Shown: positions 7,880-15,617, counted from the stretch's first letter. The stretch: DNA of 32,000 bases from Ferroglobus placidus DSM 10642 (GCF_000025505.1 NC_013849.1:720001-752000), one strand, 5' to 3'. Notes: generated by a model not told the origin, from the letters alone. Program-made: numbers and translations.

Positions 7880-8474
7880 AGGAGAGAGCTGTAAGAAGTG
7901 CGGATACGTCGGCGAGGTAATTCTCGATAAGGAAAGAGTGGAAAAACTCGGGAGATTTATCTCAGGTCTTTTGAGGCACTATCCAGATAAATACCGCTTG
8001 GAAATGGACGAAAACGGATGGGTCGATTTTGGAAAGCTTGTAAGAGTGGTCAAAAGAAGGTTCAAATGGGCTAATCAGTGGTTGGTCAAAGCAATAGTTT
8101 ACAGCGATGAAAAAGGGAGATACGAGATTTCCAACGACAAAATAAGAGCCCGATACGGACACAGCGTTGATGTCAAGTTAAACGATCTTCCCGAAGCAGA
8201 GGAGGAAACTTTATACTACGGAACAAGCGAGGAAGAGGCGAGCAGAGTCATGGAAGTTGGAATTAAACCAGTGAATAGGAGGTATGTTCACCTTTCAACA
8301 ACTCTCGAAAAAGGAGAGGAAGTGGCAAGACTTAGGACAGATGAACCGATAGTTCTCGTTATAGATGCAAAGGAAGCTAAAAAAGACGGAATAAGGTTCA
8401 TAAAGGTTAACGAGAACATAGTTTTAGCGGAAGAAATTCCTCCGAAGTACATCAAAGACTTTATTCGCGTTTAA
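7854..8474 (+). CDS. kptA: RNA 2'-phosphotransferase Tpt1/KptA with N-terminal Cys/His knuckle
   Basis: It has LGRFISGLLRHYP, IRARYGHS, LYYGTS and RRYVHLS. The N-terminus carries CPKHG...CKKCG. The start is ATG 7854 or 7839. Confidence 0.85.
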   Translation: MCPKHGFYRGESCKKCGYVGEVILDKERVEKLGRFISGLLRHYPDKYRLEMDENGWVDFGKLVRVVKRRFKWANQWLVKAIVYSDEKGRYEISNDKIRARYGHSVDVKLNDLPEAEEETLYYGTSEEEASRVMEVGIKPVNRRYVHLSTTLEKGEEVARLRTDEPIVLVIDAKEAKKDGIRFIKVNENIVLAEEIPPKYIKDFIRV

Positions 8475-8799
8475 CGTAAAGAGTGTCCGAAAGCAAGTAG
8501 ACCGACTCGTTCAACCTAATCAATACTGGCTCGGCAAATTTAATTATCTCGCCTTCCGGTTGCAAGTAAGCGGAAAAGTACCCGACCTTGTAAGGAGTCG
8601 CGTTTTGAACGAAGTTTTCGACGTAATGTTTCAGCTCCTCGCATCCGAAGAGAAGGAACTTCATCATTTCGAAGGGCGTTACTTCGAAGTAAATGACAAT
8701 CGTCTCATTTTTAATCACCACTTCTTTTACACTTACAGCATTAGCTGTTCCTATCATGAGAAATACCGCTATTACTACTGCAAAGAATCTCAGAGACAT
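8461..8799 (-). CDS. Small secreted protein of unknown function (113 aa)
   Basis: From internal Met36 the sequence is MSLRFFAVVIAVFLMIGTANA/VS, a classic Sec signal peptide. A TATA-like CTTTTTATTCC lies about 25-30 nt upstream of this ATG. The longer ORF-track version (to 8904) would read through a GC-rich hairpin. Confidence 0.5.
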   Translation of the reverse strand: MSLRFFAVVIAVFLMIGTANAVSVKEVVIKNETIVIYFEVTPFEMMKFLLFGCEELKHYVENFVQNATPYKVGYFSAYLQPEGEIIKFAEPVLIRLNESVYLLSDTLYVKRE

Positions 8800-8838
8800 T
8801 TGAAGAAACTCGCATTGGTGGAATAAAAAGTTTCCGTC

Positions 8839-8902
8839 GGGGTGCCGAAAAGCGTTACAGCGGTGACGGCGGGAAGGCTGAAAATCCTGTAAACGGCACC
8901 CC
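8839..8902. ncRNA. GC-rich two-helix hairpin, candidate small structured RNA (strand unresolved; minus favoured)
   Basis: GGGGTGCCG (8839-8847) pairs perfectly with CGGCACCCC (8894-8902). TTACAG (8855-8860) pairs with CTGTAA (8887-8892). The apical 26 nt contain GGTGACG and CTGA. On the minus strand an AT-rich TTAATTATTT lies about 27 nt upstream and a TTTTTATT run follows. Confidence 0.3.
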
Positions 8903-9135
8903 AATTCTATTTATATTCTTTCAAATAATTAAGCTTTTTGGTGCGTAAAAGAAGAACGTGCATCAATAGAAAAGCTTAAAGCTTCTACGAATCCCGCTAA
9001 AATCTCAGTTTCAATCGCTGTTGCCAATTTTAAGGATTTCAAAACTTTTACGTTTCTAAATCGATATTCAGCTGGGTTTTGTATGAAATAAAAATTTCGG
9101 AAGTGTTATAGACGATATCCAACAAGAAATTGTCG

Positions 9136-9429
9136 ATGATCGATAAACTTGCGATAGAAAGTTTGAAGCTCTTATTTAGGGAGAAAGCGGTCGAAATTCT
9201 CCTGACGATTTACTACGAAAGTCAGAGCGGAAAAGACGTTTACATTCAGTACGTGGCGAGCAGAGTAAACAGCCCCCACAGTTACGTTTGGCTAATGGTA
9301 AAAAAGTTTGAAGAAGCCGGACTCGTGGAAACGGAAGTAGAAGGTAGGACGAAAATAATAAGGTTGACGGACAAAGGTTTCAGAATTTCCCAACTGATCG
9401 AGAAGATAGTGGAGACATTTTCCGAGTGA
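9136..9429 (+). CDS. Small winged-helix (ArsR/PadR-like) DNA-binding protein upstream of the vht operon
   Basis: The wHTH core reads VEILLTIYYESQSGKDVYIQYVASRVNSPHSYVWLMVKKFEEAGLVETEVEGRTKIIRLTDKG. I prefer ATG 9136 over the TTG 9130 of the ORF track. Confidence 0.7.
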   Translation: MIDKLAIESLKLLFREKAVEILLTIYYESQSGKDVYIQYVASRVNSPHSYVWLMVKKFEEAGLVETEVEGRTKIIRLTDKGFRISQLIEKIVETFSE

Positions 9430-9439
9430 TTTGATTAAC

Positions 9440-9461
9440 TTTAAAAAATGCATTTTTTAAA
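9440..9461. promoter_or_regulatory. Perfect 22-bp palindrome TTTAAAAAATGCATTTTTTAAA between the regulator and vhtG
   Basis: I read it directly from the sequence. The half-site ATTTTTTAAA recurs at 9494-9503, 42 bp downstream, just before a TATA-like AAAATAATTATTAA (9507-9520). Confidence 0.4.
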
Positions 9462-9552
9462 ATATACTTATTTGGAAGTATGATTTAATATGTATTTTTT
9501 AAAGTGAAAATAATTATTAATCAACAACTCGCCGGATTTAAAGGGTGAGAGC

Positions 9553-10605
9553 GTGAAACTAACGAGGAGAAATTTTGTTAAGCTCGTTTCCGCTCTCGGC
9601 GCTTCCGCATTTTTGACGACCTACAAGTCAGATATCGTCGCGGCGTTGGAAGAAAACAAAGACTACTGGCACATCGCTTGGCTCAACGGAGGGGCTTGCA
9701 CCGGCTGCACGATCTCCTTCGCTCAGACAGCGGATCCGGACATTCTGCAAATACTAACCGAGATACTCGTCGGCAACTCTGGACTGCCGATCGTTCTTCC
9801 GGACTACATGGAAACCATACACTTAGCCTCCGGAAGCTTAGCTGAAGAGTTCAAAGAGAAGTGGAAGAGTGGGAAGGCTGGAAAGAGAATTTTGATTGTG
9901 GAAGGAGTAATACAAGACCCCGGCTACTGCGTCATAGCTGGAAAAGATTTCAGGGAGCACGTGCTCGATGCTGTGAGATATGCTGACGCTATAATTGCCG
10001 TAGGACAGTGCGCAACCTTCGGAGGGATTCCTGCAGCTAAGCCAAATCCAACAAACGCGAAAGGTTTGGCCGATTTTCTGAAAGAGGAGGGAGTAAGTAA
10101 AGAAGTGATAAACCTACCCCTCTGCCCAGTGAATGCCGATCAGCTTGTAGTAACTCTTGCAGCAGTAATAATCGGAGCGAAGGTCGAACTCGACGACTAC
10201 GGAAGACCGAAGATGTTCTTCTCCACGAACATGCACAACGACCTCTGCCCCTACAGACCCTACTACGATAAAGGACAGTTCATAGAAACTCCCGGGGAAG
10301 GAGAAGGATGCAGATATAAAATAGGATGCAAAGGTCCCGTTACGTGGACCGACTGTCCTCTAAGAAAGTGGAACAACAGCACGAGTTACTGCGTTGAGGC
10401 TGGAGCTCCCTGCATAGGATGTTCAGAGCCGGGATGGCCGGATAAGTTTTCTCCGTTTTATGAGGAAGTGCCAAACCTGACTTCAGCAATTATCGATCCA
10501 ACAAAACTTGGAACCGGAATTTTTGGAGCAACTTTAGCGGGAATAGGGGTTCATGCGGTTAGAAGGAGTTTAAGAAGAAGGAAGGAGGTAGAGGAAAATG
10601 AGTAA
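9553..10605 (+). CDS. vhtG: [NiFe] uptake hydrogenase small subunit, Vht/Vho (group 1) type, Tat-exported
   Basis: It has the twin-arginine signal MKLTRRNFVKLVSALGASAF, a GGACTGCTISF proximal-cluster motif, and a C-terminal anchor helix GIFGATLAGIGVHAV. A GGGTGA SD precedes the GTG start. Confidence 0.9.
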   Translation: MKLTRRNFVKLVSALGASAFLTTYKSDIVAALEENKDYWHIAWLNGGACTGCTISFAQTADPDILQILTEILVGNSGLPIVLPDYMETIHLASGSLAEEFKEKWKSGKAGKRILIVEGVIQDPGYCVIAGKDFREHVLDAVRYADAIIAVGQCATFGGIPAAKPNPTNAKGLADFLKEEGVSKEVINLPLCPVNADQLVVTLAAVIIGAKVELDDYGRPKMFFSTNMHNDLCPYRPYYDKGQFIETPGEGEGCRYKIGCKGPVTWTDCPLRKWNNSTSYCVEAGAPCIGCSEPGWPDKFSPFYEEVPNLTSAIIDPTKLGTGIFGATLAGIGVHAVRRSLRRRKEVEENE

Positions 10606-12304
10606 CGTAGTAATCGATCCAGTTACGAGGATAGAGGGGCATTTAAGGGTAGAAATGCACACAAAAACTTTAGAGACCTCTACTGGAAAGTGGACCGTTG
10701 TTGACAAAGCTTATTGCAGTGGAACGATGTTTAGAGGGATAGAGATAATTCTAAAAGGCAGAGACCCAAGAGACGCTTGGATAATAACCCAAAGAATCTG
10801 TGGAGTTTGTCCAGCTCCGCACGCTGAAGCTTCCATGCAGGCAATCGAAGCTGCTTTCGATGTTAAACCAACCCCCCTCGCTATCCTCGTCAGAAACATT
10901 TTGCACGGAGCCTACTACATCTACGACCACATAATTCACACGTATTTGCTAATCGGTCCGGAACTCGGAGTTCTTGCTAAATATCCTCCGATGGTTCCTC
11001 CAGCTCTTGGAAAGGAAGGTATAGCTAAGCTTAACCTCGGATCGAGTTACGCTCAGGCTTTAGACATTCAGAGAAAAGCAAACGAGATCGTTGCGATGTG
11101 GGGAGGAAAGTTCCCCCACCACCAAACGGAGTACCCCGGAGGAATGGCAGTCAAGCCTACGGCAGATAAAATCGCCAAGACCTTATCGAAGATGACTGAA
11201 ATCTGGTCGTGGGTTGCTAACGTGATGGTAAGAGACTTCACGAAGATTTTAGAGGCTAACGAGAGAATTGGAGAGGCCGTTAGCGCGATCCTTGATGTTG
11301 ATTTCAGAGGTCTGCAAGATTTGGGAGCTTCAACCGGCAACTTCCTCAGCTACGGATTGTTCCCGGATCACGAAAACTACGACGACTGGCTTTCCATCCT
11401 CTACTCTCCCGGCTACAGAAAGAGCGCTTTAATACAAGCTGGTGCTTGGGACGGCGAAAGAAAGGCGTTCGATTTAAAGAAGATCGAAGAGTACGTGAAG
11501 TATTCGTGGTACGACAACGCTTCAGGATTGCATCCGAGTGAAGAAGATTTGCCAAAGCCCAACAAAGAAAAAAGCGATGCTTACTCTTGGCTAAAAGCTC
11601 CAAGGTACGATAAGAAAGTTTACGAAGTCGGTCCTCTGGCGAGGATGATCAACACTTTCGGTATGAAGTGGAAGATTCCCATAACTAATCCAGTAACCGG
11701 CGAAGACTTCGGATACTTCGAATACGAAGTCCAGAACCCACAAGGATCCGTTATAGACAGAGTTGCTGCGAGAGTAGCTATGACGTTGTTGATAGCCAAT
11801 AAAATGTTCGACTGGCTGGAGGAGGCTAAGAGTTATCTCGGAGAGAAGGTGACTGTCAAAAAAGATAAAGTCAGAGAAAGAGAGGGATTCGGACTTTGGG
11901 AGGCTCCGAGAGGAGCGCTGTTGCATTACATCAAAGTAAGAGACTACAAAATAGACAGATACCAGGCTGTTGTTCCGAGTACGTGGAACTTCAGTCCGAG
12001 AGACGATTTCGGACAGGCAGGAGCTGCGGAAAAAGCCCTCGAAGGAACTTGGTTGCCGGAAATGAGTGTCGCTGAGATATGCGATGCAATATATCCAGAA
12101 AAGGACATAGACCTTTCGCCGCTCGGAATATCGAAAGTGGTCAGCTGGGGAGAAGCGTTAACTCCGGCTTTAAAACAGCTCGGGTTGGCGAGACTTAACA
12201 TTGAAAAAGTAAACGGCAACGAGTACAACACAACTCTCGCTCTCCTCGTCATAAGAAGCTTCGATCCATGCATAGCCTGTGCGGTTCACGTTCTGAGGTG
12301 TTAA
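10598..12304 (+). CDS. vhtA: [NiFe] hydrogenase large subunit, Vht type
   Basis: It has N-terminal RIEGH, RICGVCPAPH and C-terminal DPCIACAVH. It overlaps vhtG by 8 nt. Confidence 0.9.
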   Translation: MSNVVIDPVTRIEGHLRVEMHTKTLETSTGKWTVVDKAYCSGTMFRGIEIILKGRDPRDAWIITQRICGVCPAPHAEASMQAIEAAFDVKPTPLAILVRNILHGAYYIYDHIIHTYLLIGPELGVLAKYPPMVPPALGKEGIAKLNLGSSYAQALDIQRKANEIVAMWGGKFPHHQTEYPGGMAVKPTADKIAKTLSKMTEIWSWVANVMVRDFTKILEANERIGEAVSAILDVDFRGLQDLGASTGNFLSYGLFPDHENYDDWLSILYSPGYRKSALIQAGAWDGERKAFDLKKIEEYVKYSWYDNASGLHPSEEDLPKPNKEKSDAYSWLKAPRYDKKVYEVGPLARMINTFGMKWKIPITNPVTGEDFGYFEYEVQNPQGSVIDRVAARVAMTLLIANKMFDWLEEAKSYLGEKVTVKKDKVREREGFGLWEAPRGALLHYIKVRDYKIDRYQAVVPSTWNFSPRDDFGQAGAAEKALEGTWLPEMSVAEICDAIYPEKDIDLSPLGISKVVSWGEALTPALKQLGLARLNIEKVNGNEYNTTLALLVIRSFDPCIACAVHVLRC

Positions 12305-12306
12305 AT

Positions 12307-12993
12307 ATGAAGGAGTTCGTGGAAGTTGAAAGGCACTCCAAGTTCGTCAGGGTTTGTCACTGGGGAATAGTGATAACGTGCCTCTTTCTCACCCTCACTG
12401 GAATCCAGCTCGCCTTCGGCGTCAAAATAATCGACGACGCACAAGCTTTACACATAAGACTCGGATTCATCTTCCTCGGACTCTGGCTTCTATTTTCCTA
12501 CTTCGTTTTAACAGAAGAGTGGAAATGGGTCTCTCCGAGAAGATTACCTTACAGCATCAGGTTTGTGATCGAGGAAGCCATAGCTTGGATTAAAGGAGGT
12601 CACGTCGACGATCCGAGAGCTTACGATCCAAGAAGGAGAGAATACGTCGAAAAGCTGATACCGAGTCAAGTACTCGTTTTCTGGGCGTACGTGATTCTCA
12701 CCGTAGTAGTAGCGCTAACGGGTCTTGCTCTCTACGATTACGAAAAGTTCAGAATTTTCGCAGACGTTTCGGAGCCAATAGCAAACATGTTTGGCGTAAC
12801 GAGCTACGCATTTTTAAGAGGATTACATAGATTTGCAATGTACCTCTACGCGACTCTGGCAGTAACTCATGCTTATGCAGCAACGATATTCGGAACCCTC
12901 GGCTCGATGATACACGGAAAGAGAAAAGAGAAAGTTACTACTGAAAGCTCGGAGAGACATGTCCCGGCGATTGCTGGTGCTGGGGGTAGGTAA
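12307..12993 (+). CDS. vhtC: Ni/Fe-hydrogenase b-type cytochrome membrane subunit
   Basis: The N-terminus MKEFVEVERHSKFVRVCHWGIV has the HW heme-ligand context. Four hydrophobic helices are present, and conserved His residues occur at RGLHRF and VTHAY. I prefer ATG 12307 because it has a GAGGTG SD. Confidence 0.8.
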   Translation: MKEFVEVERHSKFVRVCHWGIVITCLFLTLTGIQLAFGVKIIDDAQALHIRLGFIFLGLWLLFSYFVLTEEWKWVSPRRLPYSIRFVIEEAIAWIKGGHVDDPRAYDPRRREYVEKLIPSQVLVFWAYVILTVVVALTGLALYDYEKFRIFADVSEPIANMFGVTSYAFLRGLHRFAMYLYATLAVTHAYAATIFGTLGSMIHGKRKEKVTTESSERHVPAIAGAGGR

Positions 12994-13423
12994 TCCCTTA
13001 GCTGGAGACGATGCTGTCGGAATAGAAGTCGTAAAAAGATTGAAGAAGCTTGAACTACCAGAAGAGGTAGATTTGATCGAGGGAGGAACCCTAAGCTTTC
13101 AACTCATAAATTTTTTCGATAATTACGATAAAATAGTGGTCGTCGATGCGGTGAAAACCGGAAGAAAGCCGGGAAGCGTTGTTAGACTTGAAATGAACGA
13201 GTTCTTTGATTTTTCAAAGATTTCGGTTCTAACATCCCACGACTTCGACTTTTTTACCGTCGCTAAAGTTTTAAGCATGATTAGAGAAATTCCGGAAATC
13301 GTTGTGATAGGAGTTGAAGTTGAGAATCTCTCAGGCTTCGAAATGTCGGATTCAGTTAGAAAAAGCATTAATGAAGCTGTTAAAAAAATATTAGAGGAAA
13401 TAAATCACTCCTTGAGCAAGTAA
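12959..13423 (+). CDS. vhtD: Hydrogenase maturation endopeptidase (HyaD/HybD family)
   Basis: It has LLVLGVGNPLAGDDAVGIEVV, VVDAV and LTSHDF motifs. Confidence 0.85.
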   Translation: MSRRLLVLGVGNPLAGDDAVGIEVVKRLKKLELPEEVDLIEGGTLSFQLINFFDNYDKIVVVDAVKTGRKPGSVVRLEMNEFFDFSKISVLTSHDFDFFTVAKVLSMIREIPEIVVIGVEVENLSGFEMSDSVRKSINEAVKKILEEINHSLSK

Positions 13424-13561
13424 ATTAGCGATAAAGTGTAAAACGTCAAGCCTACAGCAACTATTGCCTCCCACATGTTTCCGAGTTTGTAACGGTCTAA
13501 TATAAACTTTTCTTAATTTTCAAAATACATTAATTATCATGCGTTTAATTAAATGTAGTTT

Positions 13562-13585
13562 TTGACAAATATATTGACAAAATCA
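13562..13585 (+). repeat. Tandem 12-bp repeat TTGACAAATATA / TTGACAAAATCA upstream of the hdr-mvh promoter
   Basis: I read it directly from the sequence. It lies 15 bp upstream of a TATA-like TTTATAA. Confidence 0.35.
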
Positions 13586-13599
13586 AAAAGTTCGGTAGG

Positions 13600-13606
13600 T
13601 TTATAA
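13600..13606 (+). promoter_or_regulatory. TATA-like box of the hdrACB-mvhDGA operon
   Basis: TTTATAA is centred about 28 nt upstream of the hdrA GTG (13631). This implies a leaderless or very short leader transcript. Confidence 0.4.
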
Positions 13607-13630
13607 GGTAAAATTCGTAAAAAAAGAATT

Positions 13631-15613
13631 GTGAAGATCGGGCTTTACATCTGCCATTGCGGAAGAAATATAGCCGATGTCGTCGACGTGAAGAATTTAA
13701 TCGAGTATTTCAAAGATAAGGTAAACGTTGTCCGAGATCACCTATTCATGTGCTCCGAACCGGCTTGGGAAATGATAAGAAGTGACGTGGCAAGTAAACT
13801 CGTCGATAGAGTGGTTATAGCTGCCTGTAGCCCTCAAAATCACGAGAAGTTTTTCAGATCAGCCCTCGAAACTGCTGGACTGTCAAAGTACCTCTTGGAG
13901 ATTGCCAACATCAGAGAGCAGTGCAGCTGGGTTCACGGAAAAAACAAGGAAGAAGCTACTGAGAAAGCAAAAAGATTAATAAAAGCCGCGATTTCCAAAG
14001 TTAAAACGCTCAAACCTTTAGAAGACTTAAAATTCGAAGTTGAGAGGAGCGTTCTCGTTATTGGCGGAGGTATAGCGGGAATGACCGCTTCTCTTGACTT
14101 GGCAAAAATGGGTTTCAAAGTCTATCTTGTAGAGAAAGAGCCGTCAATAGGTGGAAAGCTCATAAAATTCGATAAAATCTTTCCGCTCAACGATTGCGCC
14201 TCTTGTGTCGTTTCCTCTTTAATGGCGGAGGTTGCGAACAACCCGATGATAGAGCTTATAACCTACGCTGAAGTTGAAGAGGTCAACGGGTCTTTCGGAA
14301 ACTTTAACGTTAAAGTGAGGAAGAAGCAAACCTACGTGGACTGGGAGAAGTGCATAGGTTGCGGAGCTTGTACGACAGTTTGTCCACCAAAAGCTTGGAA
14401 ACCAAACGAATTTGACGAAGGTTTGAGTAAAAGAGCCGCCATGTACATCGTTTCTCCTCAAGCCGTGCCGAAAAAAGCCGTACACGACCCTGAGCTTTGC
14501 GTTAATTGTGGAAAGAAAAAACTCGGAACGAGGAGGTTTTTGAGAGGTGGAAAGGAATACCTAACGCCCTGCGAAAAAGCATGTCCGACGAAAGCAATAG
14601 ACAGGTCGAAAAGCTGGAATCCTAAAGGAGAGATTCTGAACTTTAACGTTGGAGCGATAATTGTTGCCACGGGATACAAGGTTATGGAGAAGGAAACATT
14701 TAAAGAATACGCCTCCCACTCTCCAAACGTCATTACCGCTCTTCAATTCGAGAGAATTCTCTCTCCTACCGGACCTACAAGCGGTAAAATTTTGAGGATA
14801 TCGGACGGTAAAAAGCCGAAAGCCATTTCTTTCATATCCTGCGTAGGATCGAGGGACGTCAGATATCATACCTACTGTTCGAAAGTTTGCTGTTTATACT
14901 TGCTCAAGCAGGCGAGACTCGTGAAGGAGAGAGAGCCGGATATAGATGTATACATCCACGTTATCGACGTGAGAGCTCCGGGTAAAGATCTTGAAGAGTA
15001 CTACATAGAAGCGAGAAGAATGGGCATAGGAATTATCAGAGGAAAGGTTGGAGGTATAGAGGAACTTCCTAACGGTAGGCTCAGAATTCTCGGATTTGAC
15101 GCCGATTTGGGGATGCCGATAGAAGTGGAAGTCGACCTCGTTGTTCTCGCAACAGCGATAGAGCTTCCAGAAGACTCCAGAGAGCTCGCGAGAAAAATAG
15201 GTTTGACCGTCGACCCTTCAGGGTTTTTAAAAGAGGACCATCCGAAACTAAGACCCGTTGAAAGTACACTAACTGGCATATTTTTAGCCGGATGCTGTCA
15301 GGGTCCGAAAGACGTTTCCGAAACTGTCGCACAGGCTAAAGCTGCAGCAGCTTCCGTTGCTTCTTTGCTTAACAAGGAGGAAATTCAGGTCGAGCCGTTC
15401 ATCGCAAAAGTAAACGAGGAGGCTTGCACTGCTTGCGGCATATGCGAGAACGTTTGTCCATTTAACGCAATTAAAGTTAAGGAAGTGGCGATCGTCGACG
15501 AGAGAAGCTGCAAGGGATGCGGAATATGCGCTTCATGCCCGGCTAAAGCCATAGACATTCAAGGATATTCAGCGGAATCGATTACTGCAGAGATAGAGGC
15601 GCTTGTGGGGTGA
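13631..15613 (+). CDS. hdrA: Heterodisulfide reductase subunit A (FAD, multiple FeS; electron-bifurcating subunit)
   Basis: It has GLYICHCGRNIA, the FAD dinucleotide fold VLVIGGGIAGMTASLDLA, an inserted CIGCGACTTVCP, and a C-terminal CTACGICENVCP...CKGCGIC. Confidence 0.9.
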   Translation: MKIGLYICHCGRNIADVVDVKNLIEYFKDKVNVVRDHLFMCSEPAWEMIRSDVASKLVDRVVIAACSPQNHEKFFRSALETAGLSKYLLEIANIREQCSWVHGKNKEEATEKAKRLIKAAISKVKTLKPLEDLKFEVERSVLVIGGGIAGMTASLDLAKMGFKVYLVEKEPSIGGKLIKFDKIFPLNDCASCVVSSLMAEVANNPMIELITYAEVEEVNGSFGNFNVKVRKKQTYVDWEKCIGCGACTTVCPPKAWKPNEFDEGLSKRAAMYIVSPQAVPKKAVHDPELCVNCGKKKLGTRRFLRGGKEYLTPCEKACPTKAIDRSKSWNPKGEILNFNVGAIIVATGYKVMEKETFKEYASHSPNVITALQFERILSPTGPTSGKILRISDGKKPKAISFISCVGSRDVRYHTYCSKVCCLYLLKQARLVKEREPDIDVYIHVIDVRAPGKDLEEYYIEARRMGIGIIRGKVGGIEELPNGRLRILGFDADLGMPIEVEVDLVVLATAIELPEDSRELARKIGLTVDPSGFLKEDHPKLRPVESTLTGIFLAGCCQGPKDVSETVAQAKAAAASVASLLNKEEIQVEPFIAKVNEEACTACGICENVCPFNAIKVKEVAIVDERSCKGCGICASCPAKAIDIQGYSAESITAEIEALVG

Positions 15614-15617
15614 TAGG

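Noticed and set aside
8800-8904. N-terminal 35-codon extension of ORF 8461-8904 (MGCRLQDFQPSRRHRC...)
   Set aside because: The signal peptide starts at internal Met36, which has a TATA-like box at the right distance. The extension reads through the GC-rich hairpin and has an implausible composition.
8985-9046. CRISPR-repeat-like sequences (reverse complement contains ATTGAAAC...GGGATT, and GATTTCAAAAC)
   Set aside because: They resemble the ATTGAAA(C/G)-type termini of archaeal repeats. However, they are only two degenerate, dissimilar, nearly adjacent pieces, with no repeat-spacer periodicity and no cas genes. At most this is a decayed remnant.
10711-12273. Several 60-110-aa minus-strand ORFs inside vhtA. 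Similar ones occur inside hdrA, mvhG/A and ccmF.
   Set aside because: All are embedded antisense in long genes with unambiguous hydrogenase, Hdr or Ccm motifs. None has an SD site or a recognisable domain.
12268-12306. Upstream extensions of ORFs 12268-12993 and 19592-20152. The same applies to 5196-5264 and 24566-24622.
   Set aside because: The extensions overlap the preceding gene or promoter elements. Internal starts have good GGAGGTGA-type SD sites or TATA spacing, and they give canonical protein N-termini.
13405-13476. 23-aa hydrophobic micro-ORF on the minus strand (MWEAIVAVGLTFYTLSLIYLLKE)
   Set aside because: It has no SD or TATA at a suitable distance and overlaps the vhtD 3' end. 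An ORF this short is expected by chance, and it cannot be supported without conservation data.
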